From an uncultured Puniceicoccaceae bacterium (GTDB taxonomy: Bacteria > Verrucomicrobiota > Verrucomicrobiia > Opitutales > Oceanipulchritudinaceae), in NCBI GenBank assembly GCA_963933835.1, contig CAWVVV010000005.1, positions 1 to 64,000 on the forward strand: a stretch of DNA of 64,000 nt, in the 5' to 3' direction. Of this stretch, positions 1 to 9,918 are shown piece after piece. A model generated the notes under the pieces. That model made no database searches. It had not been told where the DNA came from and saw only the letters and a program-made list of their open reading frames with translations. The first letter of the stretch is position 1; every line of letters starts with the position of its first letter. The translations under genes and the position numbers were made by a program.

Positions 1-153
1 GTCGATTAATTCCTCGAACACTTGCGAATCATGCACGCTCGCTGGCGGCGGCGCGGATGGGGCGGCGGCAGGATCGCGCGAAAAGAAAGAGATCAAGAGT
101 GCAACGCCGAGCGCGCAAAGGGCGTAAATAATCGAGCGGCGAGAGAGAGGCAC
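1..153 (-). CDS. 5' part of a secreted or membrane-anchored protein, running off the window edge
   Basis: Manual translation from GTG at 153: MPLSRRSIIYALCALGVALLISFFSRDPAAAPSAPPPASVHDSQVFEELID... It has a basic N-terminus, a hydrophobic stretch and a Pro/Ala linker. Confidence 0.55.
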   Translation of the reverse strand, partial: MPLSRRSIIYALCALGVALLISFFSRDPAAAPSAPPPASVHDSQVFEELID

Positions 154-242
154 ACCCCAAACGAACAACCCGCTCAGCCGCTAGTCAACCGAGGACACGC
201 GAATTTTAGAACCCTTCGGCCAGATCGGTGCTGGCGCTTGGC

Positions 243-1070
243 CTAGTCGAGGTCGTTTGACCGAATAAAGGACTGAATCTTACTGACGTAGTTCCAGCCC
301 TCTTCGGAGTAGCGCACGAGGCCTGGCGCAAGGCCATAACCCGTCATCTCCGCCCCTTGATGACGAAGGCTTGCCCGAATACGGCGAAGTTCCGCGTAGG
401 CGTTGTGTGTATTTAAATTCTTAAGGTAGGCCGTAAAGCAATCTGCAAGGGTATCAAAACGGGTCACCTCGAAGGTAGCACCCTCCGGCCGCCGGCTGGG
501 AATGATACCACAGCCACGCGTGTAACAACGCATGCCGAAGAGGTTATTACCCTCGCGCGAAAATCGAGAACTGCCCCACCCGCTCTCAAGTGAGGCTTGG
601 GCTATGACAAGAGAAACTGGCACGACATCGACGCGCGCTTTGATCGCCGCGAGATCTGACTTCGTGAGGTCAGCGTCGGGATCCAGTTCGATCTCGTAGT
701 CTTCGGCCCATCGACGGAGCGCCTTCTTTTCGCCTCTCCTAAGCTTTTCGCGCCGGTTCCAATTTTCTTCAATTTCCAACAGCTCGTCGCGGCTCTGGCG
801 CACACCGGCCAAGGCTGTTTCGACCCGCGGAGTCAGATATTCGAAGAAGGCCTGCTTCTTTTCTGCCGTCGACGTGTAGTCGGTGAAGTCAGGGAGCTTC
901 TCTGAAACGCCGCCGCCAAAGCAGCCCCGAAAGATTAAGACGACCAAGAGTAAGCACCCGACGGCGATGGCAGCATTGCGCAAAAGTTCCCTCTGCGAAG
1001 CGGATAAGTCCGACCAAGGCATTGATTTACGCCCTCCCCGATTCAGGGGCTTGATCTCAGAGAACTTCAC
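243..1070 (-). CDS. Bax-like glucosaminidase (GH73/FlgJ-type peptidoglycan hydrolase) with N-terminal membrane anchor
   Basis: Motifs AQASLESGWGSSRF..GNNLFG and NLNTHNAY..LR..R; single N-terminal TM helix. Confidence 0.85.
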   Translation of the reverse strand: MKFSEIKPLNRGGRKSMPWSDLSASQRELLRNAAIAVGCLLLVVLIFRGCFGGGVSEKLPDFTDYTSTAEKKQAFFEYLTPRVETALAGVRQSRDELLEIEENWNRREKLRRGEKKALRRWAEDYEIELDPDADLTKSDLAAIKARVDVVPVSLVIAQASLESGWGSSRFSREGNNLFGMRCYTRGCGIIPSRRPEGATFEVTRFDTLADCFTAYLKNLNTHNAYAELRRIRASLRHQGAEMTGYGLAPGLVRYSEEGWNYVSKIQSFIRSNDLD

Positions 1071-1073
1071 GGC

Positions 1074-1481
1074 CTAAGGCTGGATTCGTTCAAGATGGAG
1101 GATCAGTTTTTCGTCCATCCAGTATTCGACGTAGTTAGCAGTCGTCTCGACCCAATCCGTCCACGCGTTCGCTTCCTTACCTTGATTTGCCGCCGAAACG
1201 AGAACTTGAGAGCCCGTAAACCAATTTCGGTAGGGGCCACCCTTTTTCATCGAAATCCTCAGGTTGAGTTCACGTTCCTTCACCTCGGGATTGAGCATGA
1301 TCCAGATCTTGCCGGTATCATCAGCTTTGGCCCCGAGGATGTAGTCCGGATCAATCTGGATGCCCTTGAAGGCTCCAAAAATCGGAGCAGCGGAGCCAGC
1401 TGTCTGATCGTAACCACCCGCGTTCAGCCCCAAAACGGGTGCGAGCGTGAGAAGAAAAAGGAGAGTGATGAATTTGTGCAT
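1074..1481 (-). CDS. Hypothetical secreted protein
   Basis: ATG at 1481 gives the signal peptide MHKFITLLFLLTLAPVLGLNA; its stop lies 3 nt before the next gene's start. Confidence 0.65.
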   Translation of the reverse strand: MHKFITLLFLLTLAPVLGLNAGGYDQTAGSAAPIFGAFKGIQIDPDYILGAKADDTGKIWIMLNPEVKERELNLRISMKKGGPYRNWFTGSQVLVSAANQGKEANAWTDWVETTANYVEYWMDEKLILHLERIQP

Positions 1482-1611
1482 GAGAGATAAAAATGAGGCA
1501 CGCTCTGAGCCAAAAGCTCTAGCATCGCGAGCTAATCTCAAAATTGAGCGGGCGGGCTTTCGAAGCAAGTTAATCATTCTAAAACGATTGACGAAGGCCA
1601 ACGCACCACAG

Positions 1612-1636
1612 CGGACCGCGGGGACGCGGTCCCTCC
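1612..1636 (-). repeat. REP-like palindrome (GGAG-headed)
   Basis: + strand cggaccgcg-ggga-cgcggtccctcc: 8-bp stem with GGGA loop; same architecture as the element at 28997-29024. Confidence 0.55.
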
Positions 1637-1790
1637 AAAAGATAATAATGATCCGACCCCTATTCATCCAAATCGCGGTCTTTCTTTCCACATCGGGGTA
1701 AATGAAGCGGGGAAAGCATGTCAAAATCTGGCTACTAAAGCAGATAAGGCGCTCCAAGCTTGATCGCTGCCAAGCTCTCTAGCAAATTTT

Positions 1791-1816
1791 GAACTTTCGT
1801 GTCGGTTCGTAGTCTT
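1791..1816 (+). promoter_or_regulatory. Putative ECF (sigmaE-type) promoter of the MoxR/Bat operon
   Basis: GAACT-N16-GTCTT, 41 nt upstream of the moxR ATG; same motif and spacing as upstream of the ECF sigma gene (24520-24545). Confidence 0.6.
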
Positions 1817-1857
1817 CACTTTCGTCGCATCCGACACATCAATTTATAATATACATC

Positions 1858-2856
1858 ATGTCTGAGACATTTAGCCTGGAAGTTATCAACGAACGCGTTC
1901 GCGAGGCAGCGAAATGGGTTCCTGCACTGGAGCAAGAGATCGCCAAGGTCATTGTTGGCCAAAAATACCTCATCGACCGTCTCATCGTCGCTCTGCTGGC
2001 GAATGGGCACGTTCTACTTGAGGGGGTTCCGGGGCTCGCAAAAACGCTCTCGATCAAAACTCTATCCGACGCCGTGCATGCCGACTTTAGTCGGATCCAA
2101 TTTACGCCGGACCTCTTACCAGCGGACATCGTCGGAACATTGATCTACAACCCCAAGACAGGCGATTTCACGACGAAGCAAGGTCCCGTCTTTGCGAACC
2201 TCGTCCTAGCCGACGAAATCAATCGTGCTCCGGCCAAGGTGCAATCTGCTCTGCTCGAAGCGATGCAGGAGCGGCAAGTGACGATCGGCGACCAGACTTA
2301 CCCGCTGCCAAAGCCTTTCCTCGTTCTCGCAACTGAAAACCCAGTCGATCAAGAAGGCACCTACCCGCTCCCCGAAGCACAGGTCGACCGCTTTATGCTC
2401 AAGCTCCTGATCGGCTATCCGAGCAAGCCAGAGGAGCGCAAAATCCTCGATATGATGGCGACAACGGGGCCAGCGCCTGAAGCCCAGCCTGTCCTCGACC
2501 TGCCAACAATCCTCAAAGCACGGGAAGTCGTGAACGACATCTACGTCGACGATAAGGTGAAGGACTACATCGTCGAAATCGTCTTCGCGACGCGCAATCC
2601 AGCAGACTACGGCCTCGAAGATATCCGTGACTTTATCCAATTCGGGGCCAGCCCGCGGGCAACGATCGCTCTTACGCTCGCCTCAAAGGCATGGGCATTC
2701 CTCCAAGGCCGGGGCTATGTGACACCACAGGATGTGAAAACAATCGGCCTCGATGTTCTGCGCCACCGCGTGATCGTCACCTACGAAGCCGAGGCTGAGG
2801 AGATGACGAGCGAGGACTTGATTCAAAAAATCTTCGAGACGGTTCCAGTGCCTTAA
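1858..2856 (+). CDS. moxR: MoxR family AAA+ ATPase
   Basis: HVLLEGVPGLAKT, RIQFTPDLLPADIVG, LADEINRAPAKVQSALLEAMQE, EGTYPLPEAQVDRF. Confidence 0.95.
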   Translation: MSETFSLEVINERVREAAKWVPALEQEIAKVIVGQKYLIDRLIVALLANGHVLLEGVPGLAKTLSIKTLSDAVHADFSRIQFTPDLLPADIVGTLIYNPKTGDFTTKQGPVFANLVLADEINRAPAKVQSALLEAMQERQVTIGDQTYPLPKPFLVLATENPVDQEGTYPLPEAQVDRFMLKLLIGYPSKPEERKILDMMATTGPAPEAQPVLDLPTILKAREVVNDIYVDDKVKDYIVEIVFATRNPADYGLEDIRDFIQFGASPRATIALTLASKAWAFLQGRGYVTPQDVKTIGLDVLRHRVIVTYEAEAEEMTSEDLIQKIFETVPVP

Positions 2857-2941
2857 TCTTGAAAGTTGACTACTGAATGCGCCTTTCGGCTCCGGTCATT
2901 TTGCATTCAACACTCATCATTCACGATGCGTCCTAATTTAC

Positions 2942-3871
2942 ATGTCTCGTAGCGAACTCACAAAAGAGATCCTCAAAAAGGTCCGGCAGGTTGAAATCCG
3001 TAGCCGCCGCTTCGTCGACGAATCCTTGGTCGGCGCCTACCACAGTGTCTTCAAGGGCACCGGGATGGATTTTGCCGAGGTGCGCGAATATTGCCCAGGC
3101 GACGATGTCCGCTCGATTGACTGGAACGTCACCGCCCGGATGGACCGCCCTTTCATCAAAGTATTCGAAGAAGAGCGAGAGCTCACCATCGTCCTTGCGG
3201 TCGATCTTTCCGGTTCGGGTGATTTTGGTTCGCTTGATGCAAGCAAGCGGGAACTCGCTGCGGAACTCGCTAGCGTGCTCGCTTTCTCCGCGACGCGAAA
3301 CAACGACAAAATCGGACTCCTTCTCTTCACTGATGAAGTCGAAACCTTCATCCCTCCGGGCAAAGGTCGCAGCCACATCCTCCGCGTCATTCGTGAAGTG
3401 CTCTTCTTTGAGCCGAAGAAAAAGGGAACCGACATCCCCCTCGCGCTGAAGACCCTCAATCGTGTCATCCGGCGCAAGGCGATCGTCTTTCTTCTGAGTG
3501 ATTTCCTTACCGAAGACTCACTCGCTTGGATACGCCCTTCTGCTTCAAAGAAGGATGACCTCCATTCTACAATCCGCCTTACCCATCGCCGTCACGACCT
3601 CATCTGCGTTGACCTTTTCGACCCACGCGAGCTCGAACTGACGGACGTCGGCATTGTTCTATTGGAAGATGCCGAGACGGGCGAACAGATCGAATTGGAT
3701 ACAGGTAACGCGCAGCTACGTATGCTCTATGCGCAGAAGAATAAGCAACGCCGCGACAACCTGCACGAAAACTTTAAGCGCTCCGGCGTTGACCACTTCA
3801 GTGTCTCGACTGACGAGCCCTACATTCACGCCTTGCGTAGTTTCTTCAAACGACGAGGAGGTCGCCGCTAA
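2942..3871 (+). CDS. DUF58 domain protein (MoxR-associated)
   Basis: G.G.DFAEVREY.PGDDVRSIDWNVTAR, F.K.FEEERE; position directly after moxR. Confidence 0.92.
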   Translation: MSRSELTKEILKKVRQVEIRSRRFVDESLVGAYHSVFKGTGMDFAEVREYCPGDDVRSIDWNVTARMDRPFIKVFEEERELTIVLAVDLSGSGDFGSLDASKRELAAELASVLAFSATRNNDKIGLLLFTDEVETFIPPGKGRSHILRVIREVLFFEPKKKGTDIPLALKTLNRVIRRKAIVFLLSDFLTEDSLAWIRPSASKKDDLHSTIRLTHRRHDLICVDLFDPRELELTDVGIVLLEDAETGEQIELDTGNAQLRMLYAQKNKQRRDNLHENFKRSGVDHFSVSTDEPYIHALRSFFKRRGGRR

Positions 3872-4440
3872 TGCTCCCCCTCCTCCTTCAAACCGAAGTC
3901 ATCGAACTCGCAGACATCCGAGAGCCCATTAGGATCATCTCGTGGGGCACCGTCGCGCTCATCGCGGCTATCGTCATTGCGCTGCTAGCGGCTGGTATTT
4001 TCTTCTGGCAACGGCGTCGTCAAAAACTCGCTACAGAGGCAGAGTTCATCATCCAAGTCTCGCCGATCGAGAAGGCTCGCAAGGCCTTCAAAACTCTTCG
4101 CGAAAAGCAACCTGAACTCAGCGACAAGGCCTACATCAGCGAGGTCTCCGGTGTCATGCGCGACTACTTAGAGGACGCCTACAACCTACCGGCCCCTGAA
4201 CGTACGACCGAAGAATTTTTCGACCTCTTGCGCGCTGAAACTGTTTTTGCACCTGAGATGCAGGAGCGGCTCATGAGCCTTCTCCAGCAGTCGGACTTAA
4301 TCAAGTTCGCCCGCCAAGAGCTCAATGCAAGCCAGTGCGAACCGTTACTGGGCGGCGCCGAAGACTTCGTCGAAACTGCAGAGCAATCTCGGGTCGAAAC
4401 AAAACCCGAAGTAAAACAAGCGGAGGAAAAGGCAGGATGA
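3871..4440 (+). CDS. Single-TM Bat-operon protein (DUF4381-like)
   Basis: LADIREP followed by one TM helix; LRDYLE..Y...APERTTEEF..DLIKFA; lies between DUF58 and vWA genes. Confidence 0.75.
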   Translation: MLPLLLQTEVIELADIREPIRIISWGTVALIAAIVIALLAAGIFFWQRRRQKLATEAEFIIQVSPIEKARKAFKTLREKQPELSDKAYISEVSGVMRDYLEDAYNLPAPERTTEEFFDLLRAETVFAPEMQERLMSLLQQSDLIKFARQELNASQCEPLLGGAEDFVETAEQSRVETKPEVKQAEEKAG

Positions 4441-5465
4441 TGTTTCGATTTGCTGAGCCTTACGCCCTTCTCCTGCTCATTCTCCCCATCCTCTTTCTCT
4501 TTCTAAGAGGCCGGATTGGGAAAGAAGCCGCCGTCCGCTTTCCAGCCATCGCGCTAGCGAAGCAAGTCTCGGCTTTTGTCCGCAGCAGACCCGGTCGCTT
4601 TCGCGCCACGCTGCGCTTTCTTATTCTAACTTTCCTCATCCTTGCTCTAGCACGACCACAGACGGGCGAAGAACTTTCTGAGTTGAGTACAAGCGGCGTT
4701 GATATCGTCCTCGCGGTTGATCTTTCGACTTCGATGTGGGCCTTCGATTTCGAGGTCGCAGGTCTTCGCCAAGACCGCCTGACGGTCGTGAAACGCGTTT
4801 TAAAGGACTTCGTCGAAGCGCGCCCAAGCGACCGCCTTGGATTGATTGCTTTTGCCGGCGAGGCCTACCTCGTCAGCCCGCTCACGCTCAAGCATGACTG
4901 GCTGCTTCAGCGCCTCGACGAGCTGGAGATTGGCTCTATTCCAGACGGAACGGCGATTGGCAGCGCGATCGGCTCGAGTGTAAATCGGCTCGTGGAGCGA
5001 GCGTCCGAGACAAAGCTCGTTGTCCTCCTCACCGATGGGGCAAACAACCGTGGTGAGCTCGCGCCGCTTCCAGCAGCCGAAGCCGCTTCTGCTTTTGGGA
5101 TCAAGATTTACACCATCGGCGTTGGACAACCCGGCTGGGTGCCCTACCCGAGCCGCTTTGATCGCGACGGCCGCCCAATGGCCGGACGTGACGGACAAGT
5201 GCTCCTCGCCAACCGCCCCTCTGATCTCGACCTCAAAACGCTCCAGACCGTCGCAGAGATGACGGAAGGCACGTACTTCCATGCCACCGACACGGATGAG
5301 CTGAAGAGCGTTTACGATAAAATCGATGAGCTCGAAAAAACCGAAGTCACCTACAACGTGCGCCGGCTTTTTGATGATTACTTTTGGATTCCGCTCCTAG
5401 CAGCTTTTCTCTTCCTCATCTTCGAACAAATCCTCGAGCACTCCAAGCTTCGCAGGCTACCGTAG
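4437..5465 (+). CDS. batA: BatA-like vWA domain membrane protein
   Basis: N-terminal F..P..LLLL double TM, LALARPQ, MIDAS DLSTSM, DRLGLIAFAG, LLTDGANN. Confidence 0.88.
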   Translation: MMFRFAEPYALLLLILPILFLFLRGRIGKEAAVRFPAIALAKQVSAFVRSRPGRFRATLRFLILTFLILALARPQTGEELSELSTSGVDIVLAVDLSTSMWAFDFEVAGLRQDRLTVVKRVLKDFVEARPSDRLGLIAFAGEAYLVSPLTLKHDWLLQRLDELEIGSIPDGTAIGSAIGSSVNRLVERASETKLVVLLTDGANNRGELAPLPAAEAASAFGIKIYTIGVGQPGWVPYPSRFDRDGRPMAGRDGQVLLANRPSDLDLKTLQTVAEMTEGTYFHATDTDELKSVYDKIDELEKTEVTYNVRRLFDDYFWIPLLAAFLFLIFEQILEHSKLRRLP

Positions 5466-5488
5466 TGTCCTGAAAATCTGAATACACG

Positions 5489-8155
5489 ATGCAATTTGGC
5501 GAACCACTCTGGCTCATTTCTATCGCACTCGTCTTACCGAGTTTTCTACTCCTGTACTTCTGGAGCAACCGGAGGAAGAGTGAGAAGCTGAAGCGTTTCG
5601 CCTCATCTAAGCTCATTGGCTCGCTGACGCAGAGTCACAGCCCCGTGCGCCAGAGGGTGAAAGCAGGCGTGATCCTTTTAGCTGCACTGCTCATCGGGTT
5701 TTCACTCGCGCGCCCCCAACTCGGGATTGAACTCGAAGAGAGTCAAGCGCGCGGCATCGATATCATGATCGCGCTCGATACATCGCGCTCGATGCTGGCT
5801 GAAGATGTTAAACCGAACCGCCTTGAACGCTCGAAGCTCGCGATTTTGGACCTACTCAACGCCGTCAAGGGTGACCGCGTTGGCCTCATTGCCTTCGCGG
5901 GCGAAGCCTTTCTGCAGTGCCCCTTAACACTCGACTATGACGCCTTCCGCGCGACCCTTGATGCGACGGACACCAGCGTCATTGCACGCGGTGGGACGGA
6001 TGTTTCGGCAGCGATCGAAGAAGCAGCGAACGCACTCGAGGGTGACCGTAATTTCAAACTCCTCGTCCTCATCACTGACGGCGAGGACCTCGAAGCAAGC
6101 GGTATGGCCGCAGCCCGCACCGCCGGTGAAAACGGTCTGCGCATCTTTACGGTTGGGGTCGGGAGCACGACTGGTGAGCTCATTCCGATCCGAAATCACC
6201 GTGGTGAACTTGACTACTTGCGCGATCAGTCCGGCTCGCTCGTACGATCCGCACTTGATGAAGATGCGCTCGGATCGATCGCGGCAGTGAGCAACGGCTT
6301 CTATTCCACCCTCGCTGGTAGTGAAGGTTTAAATACAATTTATCAGCAGCTCGTATCTGAGCTCCCAGCGGAAGAATTTGGCACCCGCATCCAAGAGATT
6401 CCATTGGAACGCTACATGTGGCCCGTTGGCATCGCTTTGGTCCTACTCTTTTTTGAGCCCCTCATTGGCAATCGCCGCAAAGGGCAACGCCGCTCGCAGG
6501 CGGAAGGCCTGAGTAAGGCAGTGGCACTCGCTCTGTGTCTCTTGGCCTTCGCACCGAGCACGACTGAGGCTTCGCCTTCCGACGGCCTCTCGGCCTACGA
6601 CAAAGGCAACTACGCTGAAGCTGAAGTGGTCTTTCGAGAAGAGATTGAGAAGTCACCGAACGACTCACGCCTTCAATACAACCTTGGCAACGCTCTCTAC
6701 CGACAGGAAAAATGGCACCAAGCCGAGGCGGCCTTCCAAGCTGCCCTGCAAACCCGTGAGACGGGCGAACAAGTCGATGCCTTCTTCAACTTAGGTAACA
6801 CTCTTTTTCAAATGGGCTCAGACGCCACGGATGATGCCGATGGTCGGCAGGCACGTCTCATGCGTTGGGAAGAGGCTCTCAACGCCTACAGCAATGCCGA
6901 GGCACTCCAAGAGAGCTCGAAGGATCTTGAAACAAACAAGCAGCTCGTCCTCCAAGCCCGCGACCGCATCTCCGGCCTGATCACGACGCTCGTTGAACCT
7001 GAGGGCGCAGGATTGGCCGGACCGAGTGGGCGCTACGCGCTGGGATCTCAGCTAGAGATGCTTGCGACGCCGAACACCGGTTGGGCTTTTAAAGCGTGGA
7101 GCGATGTGCCAGCCGAAACGCCCACTGAGCCGAAGTTCACTTTCACGTTTGATAAGAGCTATGTTCCCATCGCGGAGTTTGTGAAGACCTGGGCGCTCGA
7201 AGTTCTCACACACGACGAGGAGCGTGGAACAGCGAAAGAAAGTGGCGCCTATCGCGAGGATCAACCGGTTACAATTACGGCCGAAGCGATTGAGCCATGG
7301 GTCTTCCATCATTGGGAAGCTGAAGGCGTTGAGATCGAAAACGCAGGTCAGGTAGAAACTGAAGTCACTCTGACCCAAGACGCGTCGGTCACGGCATTTT
7401 TCGCCGAAGGCTATTTCCTCGAAGTGATCCCGAATGAACCGCTCGGTGGTTATGTCGGGCAAACGGGTTGGTATCTTCAGGAGAGTGAAACCCCGATAAA
7501 GGCCGAGGTGCGTGAAGGTTTTGAATGGGAATTTTGGTCAGGAAAAGGCATCGCTGATCCGACCGCTCTCGAGACGAGTGTGTTGATGATGTCGGATCGC
7601 CGGGTCGTCGCTAACTTTGATCGCCTCTGGTCGCTCATCGTTGCAGAGGACAAACGCGAAGCAGGCACTGTGACCGGCAGTGGTGATTTTCCCGTCGGCA
7701 CAAATACACCGATTACGGCGACCGCCAACGAAGGCTACAAATTCGTCCAGTGGCTCGGCGAGGGCATCGAAGATCCGACCTCACCCGAGACGAACGTAAC
7801 CGTCGAAGCGATCATTCACGACGTCATCGCGACCTTTGAGGCTGAAGAGTCAGAGGACTCGGAAGATCAAAACGAGGACAACGAGGAAGAAAACGAAGAT
7901 CAGCAGGACTCGGAAGAGGAGGAGGAGGAAGCAGAGCCCGAAGAAGAAGAACCGGAAGAAGAGCAGCCTCAGCCTGAAGATGAAGAATCCGAGCAGGGCG
8001 AAGAGCAGGAAGCAGAAGCCCAGCCGCGCGAAATGGGCGAGATGAGCGTAGAAGAAGCACGCCAGCTCTTGAATGCTTTGCGCGAATCTGAAAAGAAACT
8101 ACCTGCCGTGCGTCGTGGTGACGAAACTGACAACAGTTCGGGGCGAGATTGGTAA
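5489..8155 (+). CDS. batB: BatB-like vWA protein fused to TPR (BatC-like), four InlB-B-repeat-like domains and an acidic tail
   Basis: MIDAS DTSRSM, LITDGED; TPRs (YNLGNALY, FNLGNTLF); four ~70-aa G.Y..G..V.I.A....G..F..W repeats; E/D-rich linker; BatC-type C-terminus EEARQLLNAL..GRDW. Confidence 0.85.
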   Translation: MQFGEPLWLISIALVLPSFLLLYFWSNRRKSEKLKRFASSKLIGSLTQSHSPVRQRVKAGVILLAALLIGFSLARPQLGIELEESQARGIDIMIALDTSRSMLAEDVKPNRLERSKLAILDLLNAVKGDRVGLIAFAGEAFLQCPLTLDYDAFRATLDATDTSVIARGGTDVSAAIEEAANALEGDRNFKLLVLITDGEDLEASGMAAARTAGENGLRIFTVGVGSTTGELIPIRNHRGELDYLRDQSGSLVRSALDEDALGSIAAVSNGFYSTLAGSEGLNTIYQQLVSELPAEEFGTRIQEIPLERYMWPVGIALVLLFFEPLIGNRRKGQRRSQAEGLSKAVALALCLLAFAPSTTEASPSDGLSAYDKGNYAEAEVVFREEIEKSPNDSRLQYNLGNALYRQEKWHQAEAAFQAALQTRETGEQVDAFFNLGNTLFQMGSDATDDADGRQARLMRWEEALNAYSNAEALQESSKDLETNKQLVLQARDRISGLITTLVEPEGAGLAGPSGRYALGSQLEMLATPNTGWAFKAWSDVPAETPTEPKFTFTFDKSYVPIAEFVKTWALEVLTHDEERGTAKESGAYREDQPVTITAEAIEPWVFHHWEAEGVEIENAGQVETEVTLTQDASVTAFFAEGYFLEVIPNEPLGGYVGQTGWYLQESETPIKAEVREGFEWEFWSGKGIADPTALETSVLMMSDRRVVANFDRLWSLIVAEDKREAGTVTGSGDFPVGTNTPITATANEGYKFVQWLGEGIEDPTSPETNVTVEAIIHDVIATFEAEESEDSEDQNEDNEEENEDQQDSEEEEEEAEPEEEEPEEEQPQPEDEESEQGEEQEAEAQPREMGEMSVEEARQLLNALRESEKKLPAVRRGDETDNSSGRDW

Positions 8156-9918
8156 TGATAGGATTCAGTAAATTTCAAAGATGGGTCGTCGTCCTTTTGG
8201 CCGTAATGAGCCCATTGAGCGCAGTCGCCCAGGGCGTAACGGCTGTACTCGAACCAGAGGTCATTAAAGTCGGTAGCGCAGGGAGCTACAGCCTTGTTCT
8301 GCTAGATCTCAACGTCCAGAGCCTGCCCAATCTTCAACCGCCATCGGTCTCAGGGCTGAAAGTTGTCAGTCTACAGCCCAGTGTCTCGCAACGGACTTCG
8401 ATTGTAAATGGACGACGCTCTAGCCAAATCGAGCTTTCGTGGCAGATCATTCCGTTGCGGACAGGTAACCTTACGATTCCTGGGCAAACGCTACAGATTG
8501 CGGGCAACGCTTACACCATCCCTGCTCGGACGCTCCGAGTGTTACCCGAATCCGAAGCAGAACGCACACGCTTCCGTTTCAACTGGGATTTGCCCAAAAA
8601 AGAATTCTACGTTGGCGAAGCGATCCGGGTTTTTCTCAAAGCCTATGTGCGCGATGACCTCCGCGCAGCCCGACCTACCCCATCTTGGGACCTCGGCGAT
8701 GGGATAATCGCAAAAACGGCAGAAGGACCGAACATCATCAACGAAGAGGTCAATGGGGTGAGCTACACCGTGGCGGCTTGGCCGATTGTCCTTTCACCGA
8801 TCCGTCCGGACACCTTCACACTAGAAGCTTCGACGAATATTTCCTTCCAAGACCCAGCAAACCCGCGCTATAGCAACGATTTTTTGCGGAGGCAACTCGC
8901 GCAGGATAACAAAGTTCTGATCACGCCACCGACCATAATCACTGCCCACGAAGTGCCCTCCCAAGGCCGCCTACCGGGCTACAACGGAGCGATTGGGAAC
9001 TTCAATGTCTCAGCCGAAACAGACCTTAAAACCGTCAACGCGGGTGAGCCCCTGACGCTCGACATTATTCTCCGGGGGACAGGCAATTTCGAGCGGATCG
9101 CCGCGCCTGAGATTCCCGAGATCGAGGGCTGGCGGACATACCCTCCAAAGGTGACCTTTGAGCCGGCGGACTCCCTCGATTACTCGGGCAAAAAGACTTT
9201 CTCTTACCTCCTCATCCCCGCCGACGAATCCATCGTGGAAACGCCGACGGTCGCTTTCGCGAGCTTCAATCCTTACTCGAAAGCTTACAAAGATCTCTCG
9301 ATCGCTCCAATCACGGTCGAAGTCGGACCCGCCCCTGAGGGTGCCGTTTCATTCGGATTTACGATGCCCAATGGCAGCAACGGCCGCGCGAGTTCCCGAC
9401 CGCTCAACACCTGGCGCCCCTTTAAAGCAGAACTGGGATCACTTTCCGAAGGGGTGCGGCCCGTTGTGCAGTCGACTGCTTTAATCGTTCTGCAGCTCCT
9501 TCTCTTTGTCTTCTTTGTCCTCTATGCCGTCTGGAACTGGCGTCGCCAAAAATTCAGGCAGGACGAGGGGTTCGCTCGCCGAGTCTCTTCCTCAAAAGCC
9601 GTTCGCCAGAGCTTAAAACTAGCGACAGGAGAAGCGACCGAAGGCAATGCCGAGGCCTTCTACATCGCGGCGCAGCGAACGGTTCAGGAAGCGATGAGCC
9701 GCCACCTCTCCCGCTCGCAAAGCACGGGCAGCCTGACGCTGATGGAAATCGATGCGATTCTGAACCGTGAAGGTGCCAGTCCCGAGCTTAAAGACGATGT
9801 CGCCAGTCTCTTTCAGGATGCCGAAGCAATGCGCTATGCGGGGACAAGTCAGGGGCAAAGCAGCTCACTCAAAGACGCCCTCGCCAAACTCGAAAAAACA
9901 ATCCGTGCCCTGCCATGA
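8155..9918 (+). CDS. batD: BatD family protein
   Basis: Signal peptide; SQRTSIVNG; GAIGNF; GEPLTL.I...GTGN; KTFSYLLIP; C-terminal TM. Confidence 0.85.
   Translation: MIGFSKFQRWVVVLLAVMSPLSAVAQGVTAVLEPEVIKVGSAGSYSLVLLDLNVQSLPNLQPPSVSGLKVVSLQPSVSQRTSIVNGRRSSQIELSWQIIPLRTGNLTIPGQTLQIAGNAYTIPARTLRVLPESEAERTRFRFNWDLPKKEFYVGEAIRVFLKAYVRDDLRAARPTPSWDLGDGIIAKTAEGPNIINEEVNGVSYTVAAWPIVLSPIRPDTFTLEASTNISFQDPANPRYSNDFLRRQLAQDNKVLITPPTIITAHEVPSQGRLPGYNGAIGNFNVSAETDLKTVNAGEPLTLDIILRGTGNFERIAAPEIPEIEGWRTYPPKVTFEPADSLDYSGKKTFSYLLIPADESIVETPTVAFASFNPYSKAYKDLSIAPITVEVGPAPEGAVSFGFTMPNGSNGRASSRPLNTWRPFKAELGSLSEGVRPVVQSTALIVLQLLLFVFFVLYAVWNWRRQKFRQDEGFARRVSSSKAVRQSLKLATGEATEGNAEAFYIAAQRTVQEAMSRHLSRSQSTGSLTLMEIDAILNREGASPELKDDVASLFQDAEAMRYAGTSQGQSSSLKDALAKLEKTIRALP

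Noticed and set aside
1839..1866. dif-like site (ATAATATACAT core matches the reverse complement of E. coli dif)
   Set aside because: The outer arms do not match (about 14/28 overall) and it overlaps the moxR start, so it is more likely AT-rich promoter or leader sequence.
7836..8030. Purine-rich GAA/GAG low-complexity tract as a DNA repeat element
   Set aside because: It is fully explained by the Glu/Asp-rich linker of the BatB fusion protein.
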